A stretch of 62,569 nucleotides of DNA, counting the filler. It is 10 parts of 10 records of this genome, joined end to end, with 100 filler letters (N's around TTAATTAATTAA, not from the genome) between each part and the next. Parts side by side here need not be neighbours in the genome. Positions count along the whole stretch, not along the records: positions 24,802 to 31,802 come from SRR31147125_297648; positions 31,903 to 40,395 come from SRR31147125_297943; 8 more parts are not named here. One strand, written 5' to 3'. This document shows, one piece after another, positions 24,827-35,905 of the stretch; position 1 is the first letter of the stretch; each line of letters starts with the position of its first letter. The notes beneath the pieces were generated by a model. That model was not told where the DNA came from. It searched no databases and was given only the letters and a program-made list of their open reading frames with translations. A program made the position numbers and the translations under genes.

Positions 24827-27800
24827 CTAAATCAGAAGCTGCAGGAACCATATCCTCAATCCTTCGGGATACATGCGCTCCTTGTCCCACAGGCTATGAA
24901 TGTCCCGTTCCGGCCGCGGGCCCGCAAGCATGCGCATCGGGTTACTATTCTCTCGAAGGCACTGTAACAGGATGCTCACCTTGCCCTGCGGGACATGCTT
25001 GCCCACCTGGAAGTGGTGTGCCAACCTTGTGTACCAGTGGTAGGCTGTGCATGTAGTACGAGCGTGTTGCCACTCTTATGATTTCCTTGTGGATTAGGTG
25101 CCTATGCGGGAATCGGTGAAGCAGAGTGTATCGCTTGCCCGGCAGGCTTTTCTTGCCTGGATCCCTCTGCACCTCCCACATCGTGTTCCTCTGGATTCTT
25201 TAGCCTGTCTGGAGGTACGACAGCGTAGGAACACGACGACGACGACGACGTTCGTACAACCTTACCCCTTGCTCGCAGTGGCTTCCTGCTCGGAGTGTCC
25301 TACGGGTTTCATGTGTCCCAATGCGACGGAGGCTCCACAGTCATGTGACACGGGATCCTTTGCAGCCGCACGATCAACTAACTGCACGCCATGCCCTGTG
25401 GGTCACTTCTGTCCCGATACATCCCATGAGCCTCTCGTCTGTCCACGGGGCTACGTCTCCGCAGGATCAACCAATGTATGCAACTCGTGCCCTCCGGGAT
25501 ACGCGTGCCCCGAGCCTCACTTGTCTCCATCACCCTGTAATCCTGGAAGCTTTGCCCCGGGTGGAGCGTTGACGTGTCTCCCGTGTCCGGCTGGCCATGC
25601 GTGTGGAGCCACGGCAGCCGAACCAACAATCTGTCCGGCAGGCACGTTTAGCGCAGCCGAGGCATCTCAGTGTTCTTCCTGTTCTCCTGGATCCTATTGC
25701 CCGACTCCATCCGGAATATCCGAATTCCTCTGTATGCCAGGGAGTTATTCTACAGGCGGAAGTGCCGAATGCACACAATGTCCTGCTGGATACGCTTGTC
25801 CCAACACGTCGGAGGCATTGGAGTTGGCGTGTGCCTCAGGCTACTACTCCACAGGTGGCCAGGAGAATTGTACTGTGTGCCCGGCTGGATTCGAATGTCC
25901 GGCACCGACAGGTGAGCTTCGTACGCCTTGTCGCCCTGGACAGTATGCAGTGGCTGGTTCTCCTGCGTGCACCGACTGCCCAAGCGGTTTTGCGTGTCCC
26001 TATGTAGATCGTGCCCTGGAACAGTCCTGTGCCAATGGAACCTACTCACTGGGTGGCCAGATAGCCTGCACTCCTTGCCCTCCGGGATTTGCGTGTCCTG
26101 TTGCCGACGCGTCTCCTGTTGCATGTGAAGCGGGGAGCTATTCTCTACTAGGCGCCCCAACTTGTACACAATGTCCTGCCGGGTTTGCCTGCCAAGCCGT
26201 GGACAAGGATGCTCTTGTTGCGTGTCCCCCTGGAACCTATTCTCTTGAAGGAGAAATGGATTGTACTATCTGTGATGCGGGCTTCATGTGCAGTACTGTC
26301 ACGTTCGTTTCGTTTGTTTGGGTTTGTGGATTGTGGCGGGTTTCCTGACACATCTCCTCTGTTTCAGTGAACTTCCTACCGAATGTGAAACCGGATACTA
26401 CAGTTTGGGCGGCGCAACGACATGCACGGCATGCCCAGCAGGATTTCAATGCCCTGACGGGGATGCCGATCCTGTTCCATGCGGAGCGGGAACGTACAGT
26501 TCTCCCGCTCAAAGTGGTTGCACTGCCTGCAGCCCTGGGTTCTACTGTCCCGAAGGATCCACATCTCCCACTGCTGTGCCCTGTCCTATTGGAAGCTACT
26601 GCAATCCTTCCTCTGTGATCACACCTTGCCCCGCTGGATCCTTTGGCATCAAGATGGCGGGTGTGAATGAGACCGATGCTTGTACTATATGTCCCGCAGG
26701 AAACTATTGTCCCACGGGAACGGTTCAAGGCGAGCTGGACAATAATGTGTGCCCACGGGGCTATTACTGTCCCGAGGGAACACAGAGTGCCACACAGTAT
26801 CCGTGTAGTGCAGGAACGTACAACGAAGACGTGGGACGCTTTGTTGAGGAACATTGTATTCCCTGTGAAGCGGGGCACTATTGTCCCGAGGGAAGCGAGC
26901 ATTCCCGTCTGGCGTGTCAATACGGCCACTATTGTCCTCCTGGTAGGCCCGTCCTGGGTTGTGTCGTGTGTTCCCTTGTTGATCCACCACCTTGCGCAGG
27001 GACATCTCGGGCAGATGAATATCCGTGCAGTGCGGGAACGTACTCGGGTCGTGTGGATTACCTTACGGACCAGAGTGCGTGTCGCGGGTGTATCCCCGGA
27101 GCCTATTGCTCCGAGGCAGCTATTCTTCCTGCCCCGTGCGATGTCGGATTCTACAATCCATACACCAATCGATCCAGCTGTCTCTTGTGTCCGGTGCGTG
27201 CCAGACACAGGTGTCCAGCCTTCCTCTCCTGACGTATGCCATACAAGGCTGGCAATGCGTGCCCCACAACCGGTTTGATCGAGACCGCCACACGCTGTGA
27301 ACCTGGCCATTATTGCCCGCCCGGCACTGTGAATCCAGATGACAACCCTTGTCCGGCAGGAACATACACGAATCGAACGGACGCCACCTCGGAGGAGGAA
27401 TGGTTCGGTTTGCGTACGTCTCACCCTGGGAACAAAATTCTCACATTCTTCTCCACATTTTCAGTGAGATTTGTCCTGAGCGCCTCAAATGCCCGGCCGG
27501 CACAGGGGGGCAGGAAATCTTCCTGAGGCACGCACGCATGATCCTCTTAGAGAGATCGCATTGACTATCATGCCAACAGGAATGCGATCCTGGCTTCTAT
27601 TGTCCAGCAGGAACGCATGATGGCAACATCGAGTCGTGTCCCGCAGGAACCTTTTCCAATCGCACAAACCTTCGTGACGAAACAGGGTGTACACCATGCC
27701 CGGCGGGATACTATTGCACAGGTTCTCAGATAGCTCCTGATGGCCTGTGCAGTGCGGGATACTTTTGTCCACTTGGAAGTGACTCAGCCACCGAAAGCTC

Positions 27801-30800
27801 GTGCCCGGCTGGGACGTACGGGCCAAATGTACGTGACTCCAGGACAAAGGTTCTGTTGCTGAATGTTCTGGCCCGTTGCAGGCGGGACTAGAGTCCGTTG
27901 ATCAGTGTCTTCCATGTCCCCTGGGCAAGTACTGTCCCCTTCACTCCGCCCTGGGAGACATCACGGATTGTCCAGAGGGATCCTACTCCGATCAGCTACG
28001 AACGGAGGAAGTAGGTCCTGGATCCGCATGGCCGTCTTGTATCACATGTCCTGCGGGATCCTTTTGTGTTACGGGGAGTGTGGAGCCTGTTGCATGTGGC
28101 GAGGGACTGTACTCGGCCGCTGGAGCAAGTGACTGCATGGATTGTGAAGTGGGCCACTATTGCAATAGTGCTACAACGACACAGGAAGACATGCTTAACA
28201 ATAGGCGGTGTGAAGCCGGTGGGTGAGACGATGGATAGTGATGATATTGATATGGGTGGTGATGACCTTGTCTTCTTCCTCGTAGGCACTTTTTGTCCCG
28301 TCGGAATGAATCGTGCACCAGATCTCTTCCATGACCCCTGCCCCGTGGCCAAGTATTGCGAGGAAGCCACAGTGGCACCCACAGACTGTGATGCTGGAAC
28401 CTATAACCCTGTAACAGGAATCAAGAGTCAGTCCGAGTGTCTCCCTTGCCCAATGGGATACTATTGCGTTCAAGGTGTGTCGTGCGACCTCCCTCCCGTA
28501 CCGTTGTCCACATTTCTTATCGTCCTCATCCCATTCTTAGGATCGAGTAGCGTTACGGGTCCGTGTCAGGCGGGATACTATTGTCCCGAGGGCTCCGAAC
28601 AAGCCGATCAGGAAGCGTGTCCCGAAGGAACCTACAATTCGCACACGGGCGCCGCGGAGCTGAACGCATGTGCTGATTGTCCGGCTGGATTCTATTGCCC
28701 AACGACCGCTACAGTCACTCCACTCAACTGTACGGCCGGTTTCTATTGTCCCACTGGGACCGAGACTCCAGAGGGATGTCCTCCCGGAACCTTTGGTGCT
28801 TTAAGTGGCGGTCTTCGTGCAGTGGAAGAATGTACCCCTTGCGAGGGGGGATCCTATTGTGCAGGCGGTGATATTGCATCAACGGGAGCTTGTGAACCCG
28901 GTTATTATTGTCTAGCGAGTGCAGCCGTGCCGAATCCAGATGGTTCTGACGAAACCGTCGGCGCACCGTGTCCACATGGTCACTATTGTCCAGAGGGTGC
29001 GTCCCACCCCACCTCTTGTCCTCCCGGCTTTTTCAATGATGCATTGTATGGAACATCCCTGTCCAATTGTCACCCTTGTCCTCCTGGACAGTACTGCCTG
29101 GGAGAAGGGAACACAGAACCAACAGGAGTCTGTGATGCCGGATTCTTTTGCAACGGTACCGCAACGGTTCCCACTCAATTTCCTGCACCTGTGGGATACT
29201 ACTCACTATCCAACGCCTCGATCCCTGCTCCGTGTGCCCCGGGAACATATAATCCGCAAGTAGCTCAATCATCCTGTCTCGAGTGTCCGCGTGGCTACTA
29301 TTGCGAATTACCTGGGACGGACTATCCCTCGGGATGCCCTGCTGGATGGTTTTGCACACCGGGATCTATCACACCCTCGCCGTGTGATAAGGGGAGCTAT
29401 AGTTTCCAGGAGAAGTTGGGCAGTGCGGCAGAATGTCTTGCGTGTGATGCTGGCTACTATTGCAGTGCCACAGCCCTTACAAACGTCACCGGCCCTTGTG
29501 CCGCGGGTTATTTCTGCACGGAGGGGTCATACGAACAAACACCCGTGGCGAGGGCGTTTGGAGATAGTTGTCCGACTGGACACTACTGTCCCGAGGGAAC
29601 GCACACACCCCAACCCTGCCCACCCGGTACATTCTTGAATACAACAGGCAATACAGGGGTAGACGACTGTCTTCCTTGCAGTGGTGGATTCTATTGTGAG
29701 TCCAGTGGTCTGGTCGCCCCCACAGGACCTTGCGCAGCTGGCTACTACTGTCAATCTGGATCGGCCACAGCGACTCCGAGCGGAAATAGCACCAATGGGA
29801 TTTGTTGGACGGGCCATTTCTGTCCTAATGCAACCGATACGCCACAGCCCTGTGCAGACGGATCGTATTCCAATATTGTGGGCCAACAAAGCTGTGTCCC
29901 ATGCCCTGAAGGATTCTACTGTATCGAGGGCACGATTCAGCCTCGCGATTGTGATCGTGGACGATACTGTCCACAGGGTACCGGTTTCGTACAACCTCGT
30001 TGTCCTGCAGCAACGTATAGCGATCGCTACAATCTTGTATCCTCCGATGAGTGCAAGGGTTGTCCCGGAGGCTACTACTGTGAAGTATCCGGTTTAGTTA
30101 GCCCCAGTGGACTGTGTGCACCGGGTTATCGGTGTTCTGGGAATGCGACATCGCGTTACGGAGATGGCGTGTGTGATCCGGGATACTATTGCCCCGAAGG
30201 GAGTGAACAGCAACTTCCATGCCCTGCTGGTACGGTAGCCGAACTCGCCGGCAATTCCAATTTGTCCGACTGCGTCGCATGCCCGGGTGGCCGCTACTGT
30301 CACGCTGCCTCGGCAACACCTACGGGTATCTGTGCCGCAGGCTATTACTGTAATGGCAGCGCCTCAACAGCCACGCCCACAAACGAGTCAGGAACGGGAG
30401 GAATCTGTCCCGAGGGCCATTCCTGTCCCGAAAGCAGCTCGAATCCCGCCCCATGCCTTGCAGGGACCTATCAATCCCAGGAGATGCAATCCGAATGCTT
30501 GCCCTGTCCAGTGGGGTATTACTGCGAAGCAACAGCCTCCGAGTACGTTCCTTGTCCAACGGGCTATTATTGTCCTGAGAATACGACCTATGCACACGAA
30601 TATCCGTGTCCCAAGGGATCTTTCCTTAACAGCACCCAGCGCTCCAGCGCCGATGATTGCATTTTGTGTCTCCAGGGCATGTGGTGTGGCTCGACGGGTT
30701 TGTCTGAACCCAGCGGTACTTGTGATGGAGGATGGTATTGTAGTCAGGGGGCAACGAGTGCACGGCCCGAAGAAGGAGAAAGCGGTGGAACGTGTCAACC

Positions 30801-31802
30801 GGGCGAGTACTGTCCCCCTGGAACGGGTGCCCCGCTTCCCTGTCCTGCTGCTTATTACTGTCTCACGACGCTCCTCCTCGAACCCACGGGCGAATGCTCG
30901 GAAGGATACTACTGTTTGGGCAATTCTCATGAACCAGCTCCCACTGATGGTGTGCAAGGCGATATTTGCCCCCCTGGTCACTACTGTCCTCAGGGAGTGC
31001 CTACCCGCACGTGTGTCCACAAGGGACGTTTACAAATGTTGAAGGCACAACCGATATCGGCTTCTGTACGTTGTGTTTGCCCGGATTCTATTGCAACGAC
31101 ACAGGCCTCTCGAGTCCAACGGCAATGTGTGATCGTGGTTTCTATTGCCCAGCAGGTCGACTCAATCCTCGCGAGAATATTTGTCCTACAGGTCACAAAT
31201 GCGAACTGGGAAGTGCGGAACCCGAACCATGCCCTCCTGGCACATATCAAGACGAAGTTGGCCAGGGAGATTGCAAGTCGTGTCCCCCTGCCTTCTATTG
31301 TCAGTTCAACGTCACCACCCAACCCGCACCCTGTCCACGTGGCTACTACTGTCCAGAGAACACATCTAATCCGTACAGCTTCCCCTGTCCACTTGGTACC
31401 TATAACAATGCAACCCAACAGTCAGATCCCGATGTATCGTGTGTGCCATGTACACCTGGCAAGTACTGTTCAGCCCCAGGGCTAGAAGAACCCCTGGGGG
31501 ATTGTATGGCAGGATTCTATTGCGCAGGGGGTGCAGATCGCCCGACGCAAACTCCATGTCCCCCTGGAGGGTATTGCCCCGAGGGAAGTCCGGCACCCCA
31601 TCTGTGTCCTCCGGGAACCTTCTCGGATGTTGGAAACCTTACGAGCCCGAACGAATGCAAGATCTGTGTTTCGGGTTCTTACTGTAATGACACGGGACTC
31701 ACGGCCCCCAGTGGCCTCTGCGATGCAGGCTTCCACTGTGAAGTTGGATCCCATGTGTCCCAGCAGCTGCCTTGTCCTGTTGGGTCGGCTTGTCCAGCGG
31801 GT
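24827..31802 (+). CDS. Giant Cys-rich repeat surface protein (GCC2/GCC3, ephrin-receptor-like CPxGxYCP repeats); truncated both ends, spliced, one probable sequencing frameshift near 30995
   Basis: Dozens of CPAGYYCPxG / C..C..G.YC units across ORFs 25098-26348, 26288-27232, 27876-28226, 28066-31485 and 30966-31802, separated by short GT-AG introns. Confidence 0.85.
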
Positions 31803-31902
31803 NNNNNNNNNNNNNNNNNNNNNNNNNNNNNNNNNNNNNNNNNNNNTTAATTAATTAANNNNNNNNNNNNNNNNNNNNNNNNNNNNNNNNNNNNNNNNNN
31901 NN

Positions 31903-32594
31903 CCGCTCTTGTCCTTGTTGTAATTGTTAACGTAGCCGCCACCGGTCTTGGTGTCGCCCTTACGGCCCCAACCTTTGTTGGTTTTGCCGCTATTGGTATT
32001 ATCCATGTACTGATCGTCAACCTGGCCTAGTGGGCTGGTGCGGACATTCTTGACGTGCCACATGTCGATGGTTTCGCCAGGGTTGTTGGTAAACTTACGT
32101 CCAGCCGAGGTGTCGCCTTCCATGTCCATGTGACAGGAGATCGCGCAACCTTCCTCTTTGAACCCCTTGGTATTGACGTTCCAGAAGATACCGACCTTGT
32201 CCTCGTAGTAGGTATTTTCGTGTTTGGTCTGGTCTTTGTTCACCAGCTGCTTCCAGCTGCCATCCGCCTGTTTGACCCAGGGGAAGCGCTCCAGACTTTC
32301 CGTCGGATCTTTGTACTGAATGAGAAAATAAACGTACTCGTCATCGTAGAGGGATTTCATGGTGACGTCTGTTTCCTGCATCCCAACATAGCCATTGTTC
32401 GGCTCATAGGGCAGGTTATCGACGGTTACTTTGAGAGGAGCGGCTTTGCTCCAGGCATTGTCAACGGCACCGGAAAGAAGAATGGGCTTGTTTGTCTTGA
32501 CACTGGTCAAAACCGTGGAGGCCTGCGCCCCGAATGCAAAAAACAGAAGGCAGGTCAGTAAGCCGAGAGTTTGCATCATGAAACGTGTCTTCAT
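31903..32594 (-). CDS. Periplasmic DOMON-like heme-binding protein (ethylbenzene dehydrogenase gamma / EB_dh family); 3' truncated
   Basis: Signal peptide ending AFGAQA, then KSLYDDEYVYFLIQYKDPT, YYEDKVGIFW, GCAISCH and IDMWHVK. Confidence 0.7.
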
Positions 32595-32749
32595 AAGAAT
32601 CTCCTTTCGAGAGGGTTGAAGCACTTAACGTCATGATGCCGTTTTATCTCGTATTTAAATGAAGATTCCAGATTAAAGTTGTTTACAGTTTTTATCGAGT
32701 TGTGAAGTTTCCTTCACAGAATTAAGAAAAAAGTCATAAATTCGAAGAG

Positions 32750-33391
32750 TTAAGAGGATGTCATGGCGCTGAGACAGGCCACGACTTTTGTTCCATGAGG
32801 TGCCAGACGGTAATTTTTCCGGTTATCCTGCTCGATCAGATGGGATTCTTTCAAAACCTTCAGATGGAAATTCACCTTGGTATGATCTTCGATCTGCAGC
32901 TTTCTGGCGATGTCCATGAAGCGTAACCGTCCCTCTCCTTTCAACAGAAAAAGAACCCGCCTCCGCGTTCCATTCGACAGGCACTTGAACATATCATCCA
33001 TATTCAAAATCTCTTCGCAAGCGAGAAACTTTGCTTCTTCCAGACAGCGCCGTATCGCCATCAGCAGCTCATCAATTTTGAACGGTTTGGTGACAAAATC
33101 ATCAGCGCCTCTGCGCATCGCTTCGACCGCCCCGTCAACCGTCGAGAACGCTGTCAGCATGATCACCCTGATCTTCGGGTCATCCCTTTTAATCTGTAAC
33201 AGAACTTCCATCCCGCTCATTCCGGGCATGACGGAGTCGAGCAGGACCAGATCAAACGTGTCCGTTTTCAGAGCCAGAAGTCCCTCTTCACCATTGTCCG
33301 CACTCTGAGCTTCAAAACCGGCTCCTTCCATCACCTCAACAAGATTTTCCCGCAAATCTTGATCGTCATCAATGACCAGTATTTTCGCCAT
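32750..33391 (-). CDS. Response regulator, receiver domain plus ArsR-like winged HTH
   Basis: ILVIDDD, LLDSVMPGMSG, MLTA and DFVTKPF, followed by FKCLSNGTRRRVL..RFMDIARKL..KVNFHLKVLKE. Confidence 0.9.
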   Translation of the reverse strand: MAKILVIDDDQDLRENLVEVMEGAGFEAQSADNGEEGLLALKTDTFDLVLLDSVMPGMSGMEVLLQIKRDDPKIRVIMLTAFSTVDGAVEAMRRGADDFVTKPFKIDELLMAIRRCLEEAKFLACEEILNMDDMFKCLSNGTRRRVLFLLKGEGRLRFMDIARKLQIEDHTKVNFHLKVLKESHLIEQDNRKNYRLAPHGTKVVACLSAMTSS

Positions 33392-34793
33392 ATTCTGGCT
33401 CTCCCTGTGGAAAGATCAGCAAAACCGTTGTTCCCTGATCCGGTTCGCTGCTCAGTTCTATACGGCCCCCATGCTGTTCCATGATGCCATAGCAGATCGA
33501 AAGCCCCAGACCTGTTCCCTGCCCCACGTCCTTGGTCGTGAAAAAGGGGTCCAAAACCTGGTCCAATTGCTGGGCCGTTATCCCTGTGCCGTTATCCTTG
33601 ATTTCAACAAGGGCCTGCTTATTCCCCTGCCGGGTTGCGACGCGGAGATCTCCCCCTTCCGGGGTTGCATCCATCGCATTAACAAAAAGATTGATGAACA
33701 CCTCCTCCAGTTTCCAGGGGATTCCCGAGATAACCCCGACGTCCCCCAGATCAACATGGATCTGATAGGCTTTCCGCCGCGCGCCGAGAAGATCGAGCGA
33801 ACTCTGAATCACATCGTTGAGTGAAACCGGGACAAACTCGGCATCACGCTCCGTGGAGAAGGACAATAGCTCCCGCGCAATTTTGGACGCCCGGTCAAGG
33901 TTCCTCTCAATCGTCGAGAATCTCTTCTGCACTTTGTCATCCTGAGAGACCAGATGACCTTTAAGCATTTCGACGTTCATGGACACATTGGCCAAAGGAT
34001 TGTTGATCTCATGGGCAATTCCGAAGGCCAGTTTTCCCAGAGCGTGCAGTTTCTCCGCTTTGGCAAAGCGTGCCAGCCGATCTTCAATCAACAAGCGCCT
34101 CTCTTCATCAAAGACGTACAGGGCATGCATCACAAAGTGGAGGATGATAAAAGCCGACAGACCGCGAAACAGTTCGATCGGAGCCCCGAGGACGGTGGTT
34201 CCTGACGGGATAATTCCGGTCAAGATGCCATACATCAACAGGGCGACTCCTGCCCCGGCGAAGTTTCCGGCTCCCCGGGAGCTGACGTCGCTCACTGTGC
34301 GTGAGTAAAAAATCAGCCCGAGCCCCGAAAAAACCGCTCCAGGGAAGCCGACCAGATTTCGGATCCGGCCGTTGATATAAGCGTAGTTTTCGACACTGTA
34401 GTCGGCCAGATGGGTCGCCACACTGGCCAGAAAGAGCCCCGCAGCCAGGAGAGAGAGCAGGGTCAGCAGGCGTTCCTTTCCCGGGAAAGCCAACAGAAGA
34501 ACCCGGACTCCGAAAACGAACAGGAACACGAACGAGACCAGAACCAGGAGCAGCTTCAGACTGAAGGCGAGTGGTTCGAATTGTTCCGGAAGCACCGCTG
34601 TCGACAGGTTCTGATAGAGTTCGAACCATTCATGGAAAGCGTGACTGTAAGCAAACAGAGCGAAAAGCCAGAGGAACCGGGCAATCTTCAGGTTACTGGC
34701 CCGGGTATCACAGGACGTGATCGAAACGCCGATGGCGAAAAAGGCCATCCCGTAGAACAGGTAGAGTAAAAAAACGGAAAATTCACTCGGCAT
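33369..34793 (-). CDS. Membrane sensor histidine kinase (multi-TM input, HisKA, HATPase)
   Basis: About 6-7 hydrophobic segments, H-box GIAHEINNPL, NLFVNAMDA, DNGTGI, PFFTTK and GTGLGLSI. Confidence 0.92.
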   Translation of the reverse strand: MPSEFSVFLLYLFYGMAFFAIGVSITSCDTRASNLKIARFLWLFALFAYSHAFHEWFELYQNLSTAVLPEQFEPLAFSLKLLLVLVSFVFLFVFGVRVLLLAFPGKERLLTLLSLLAAGLFLASVATHLADYSVENYAYINGRIRNLVGFPGAVFSGLGLIFYSRTVSDVSSRGAGNFAGAGVALLMYGILTGIIPSGTTVLGAPIELFRGLSAFIILHFVMHALYVFDEERRLLIEDRLARFAKAEKLHALGKLAFGIAHEINNPLANVSMNVEMLKGHLVSQDDKVQKRFSTIERNLDRASKIARELLSFSTERDAEFVPVSLNDVIQSSLDLLGARRKAYQIHVDLGDVGVISGIPWKLEEVFINLFVNAMDATPEGGDLRVATRQGNKQALVEIKDNGTGITAQQLDQVLDPFFTTKDVGQGTGLGLSICYGIMEQHGGRIELSSEPDQGTTVLLIFPQGEPEYGENTGH

Positions 34794-34918
34794 TCATAAA
34801 GCATACCTGACTACTCAAGTTTACACAAAACAAGCTTCTTTACTAAGGACAAAGAACAGACCTTTACTTGCCAACACCCGCCGAGTACACTCTGCAGACT
34901 TGCAGCAGAGAGGCCCTG

Positions 34919-35905
34919 ATGGAACACGCAAACACACATCCCTTCGACCAACTGACCCCCGACTTCATCATGGATGCGGTTGAATCACTCGGCTACCGCT
35001 GCGACTGCCGGATCCTGACGCTGAACAGTTACGAAAACCGTGTCTACCAGGTCGGCATCGAAGAGGAACAACCACTGATTGCCAAGTTCTATCGCCCCGA
35101 ACGCTGGAGCCGCGAGCAGATCCTCGAAGAGCACAGTTTTTCCCAGGAACTGGCCGACCACGAGCTGCCGGTCGTTGCCCCGCTGGTGGATGACAATGGC
35201 GCGACTCTGCACAGGTATCAGGGGTTTTTCTTCAGCCTGTCGCCACGAAAAGGGGGGCATGCTCCCGAGCTGGACAATCTCGAACATCTGGAGATCATCG
35301 GCCGCCTGCTTGGCCGTATCCACCTGATCGGATCCAGACAGCCATTTCAGGTCCGCCCGAAGCTCGACAGTCACAGTCATGGTCACGAGTGTGTTGCCTT
35401 TATCAGTGAACACTTTATTCCGACTGAGTACCGGGAGTCGTATACCTCTTTGACGCGCGATATCCTGCAGCTGATTGATGAACGCTTCAATCGCCTGCAA
35501 GGGATCCACCTCATCCGGACCCACGGTGACTGCCACAGCGGCAACATGCTCTGGCGTGACGGTCTGCCCCATTTTGTCGATTTTGATGACGCCCGTATGG
35601 CCCCGGCTATTCAGGATTTCTGGATGCTGCTCTCAGGCACGGAAGACCAGCAGCGGCTCCAGCTGGATAAAATCCTCAACGCCTATCACCAGTTTTTTGA
35701 TTTCAATCCCCTGGAGTTGCAGCTGATTGAGCCCTTAAGGACCCTGCGGATGATTTACTACGCGGCCTGGCTGGCGCGGCGCTGGGATGACCCGGCCTTC
35801 CCCCGCACCTTTCCCTGGTTCAACTCCCTGCAGTACTGGGGTGAACATATTCTCGAATTGCGCGAACAGATGTCGGCCCTTCAGGAGCCGACACTGCAAC
35901 TGTGA
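34919..35905 (+). CDS. srkA: Stress response Ser/Thr kinase SrkA (RdoA/YihE)
   Basis: LNSYENRVYQ, AKFYRPERWS, IRTHGDCHSGNML, FVDFDD and WLARRWDDPAFP. Confidence 0.92.
   Translation: MEHANTHPFDQLTPDFIMDAVESLGYRCDCRILTLNSYENRVYQVGIEEEQPLIAKFYRPERWSREQILEEHSFSQELADHELPVVAPLVDDNGATLHRYQGFFFSLSPRKGGHAPELDNLEHLEIIGRLLGRIHLIGSRQPFQVRPKLDSHSHGHECVAFISEHFIPTEYRESYTSLTRDILQLIDERFNRLQGIHLIRTHGDCHSGNMLWRDGLPHFVDFDDARMAPAIQDFWMLLSGTEDQQRLQLDKILNAYHQFFDFNPLELQLIEPLRTLRMIYYAAWLARRWDDPAFPRTFPWFNSLQYWGEHILELREQMSALQEPTLQL

Noticed and set aside
26237-27424. Long antisense ORFs (e.g. 26237-27424, 47089-48147, 13313-14059)
   Set aside because: They are shadow frames of real genes with no recognisable motifs.
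1-31802. Alternative genetic code or non-canonical introns explaining the fragmented ORFs
   Set aside because: The introns I traced are GT-AG, TAA, TAG and TGA each terminate recognisable genes, and long exons are free of stops.
31803-31902. Bacteria-to-eukaryote insertion at the eukaryote/bacteria boundary
   Set aside because: The boundary is a linker, so there is no physical contiguity.
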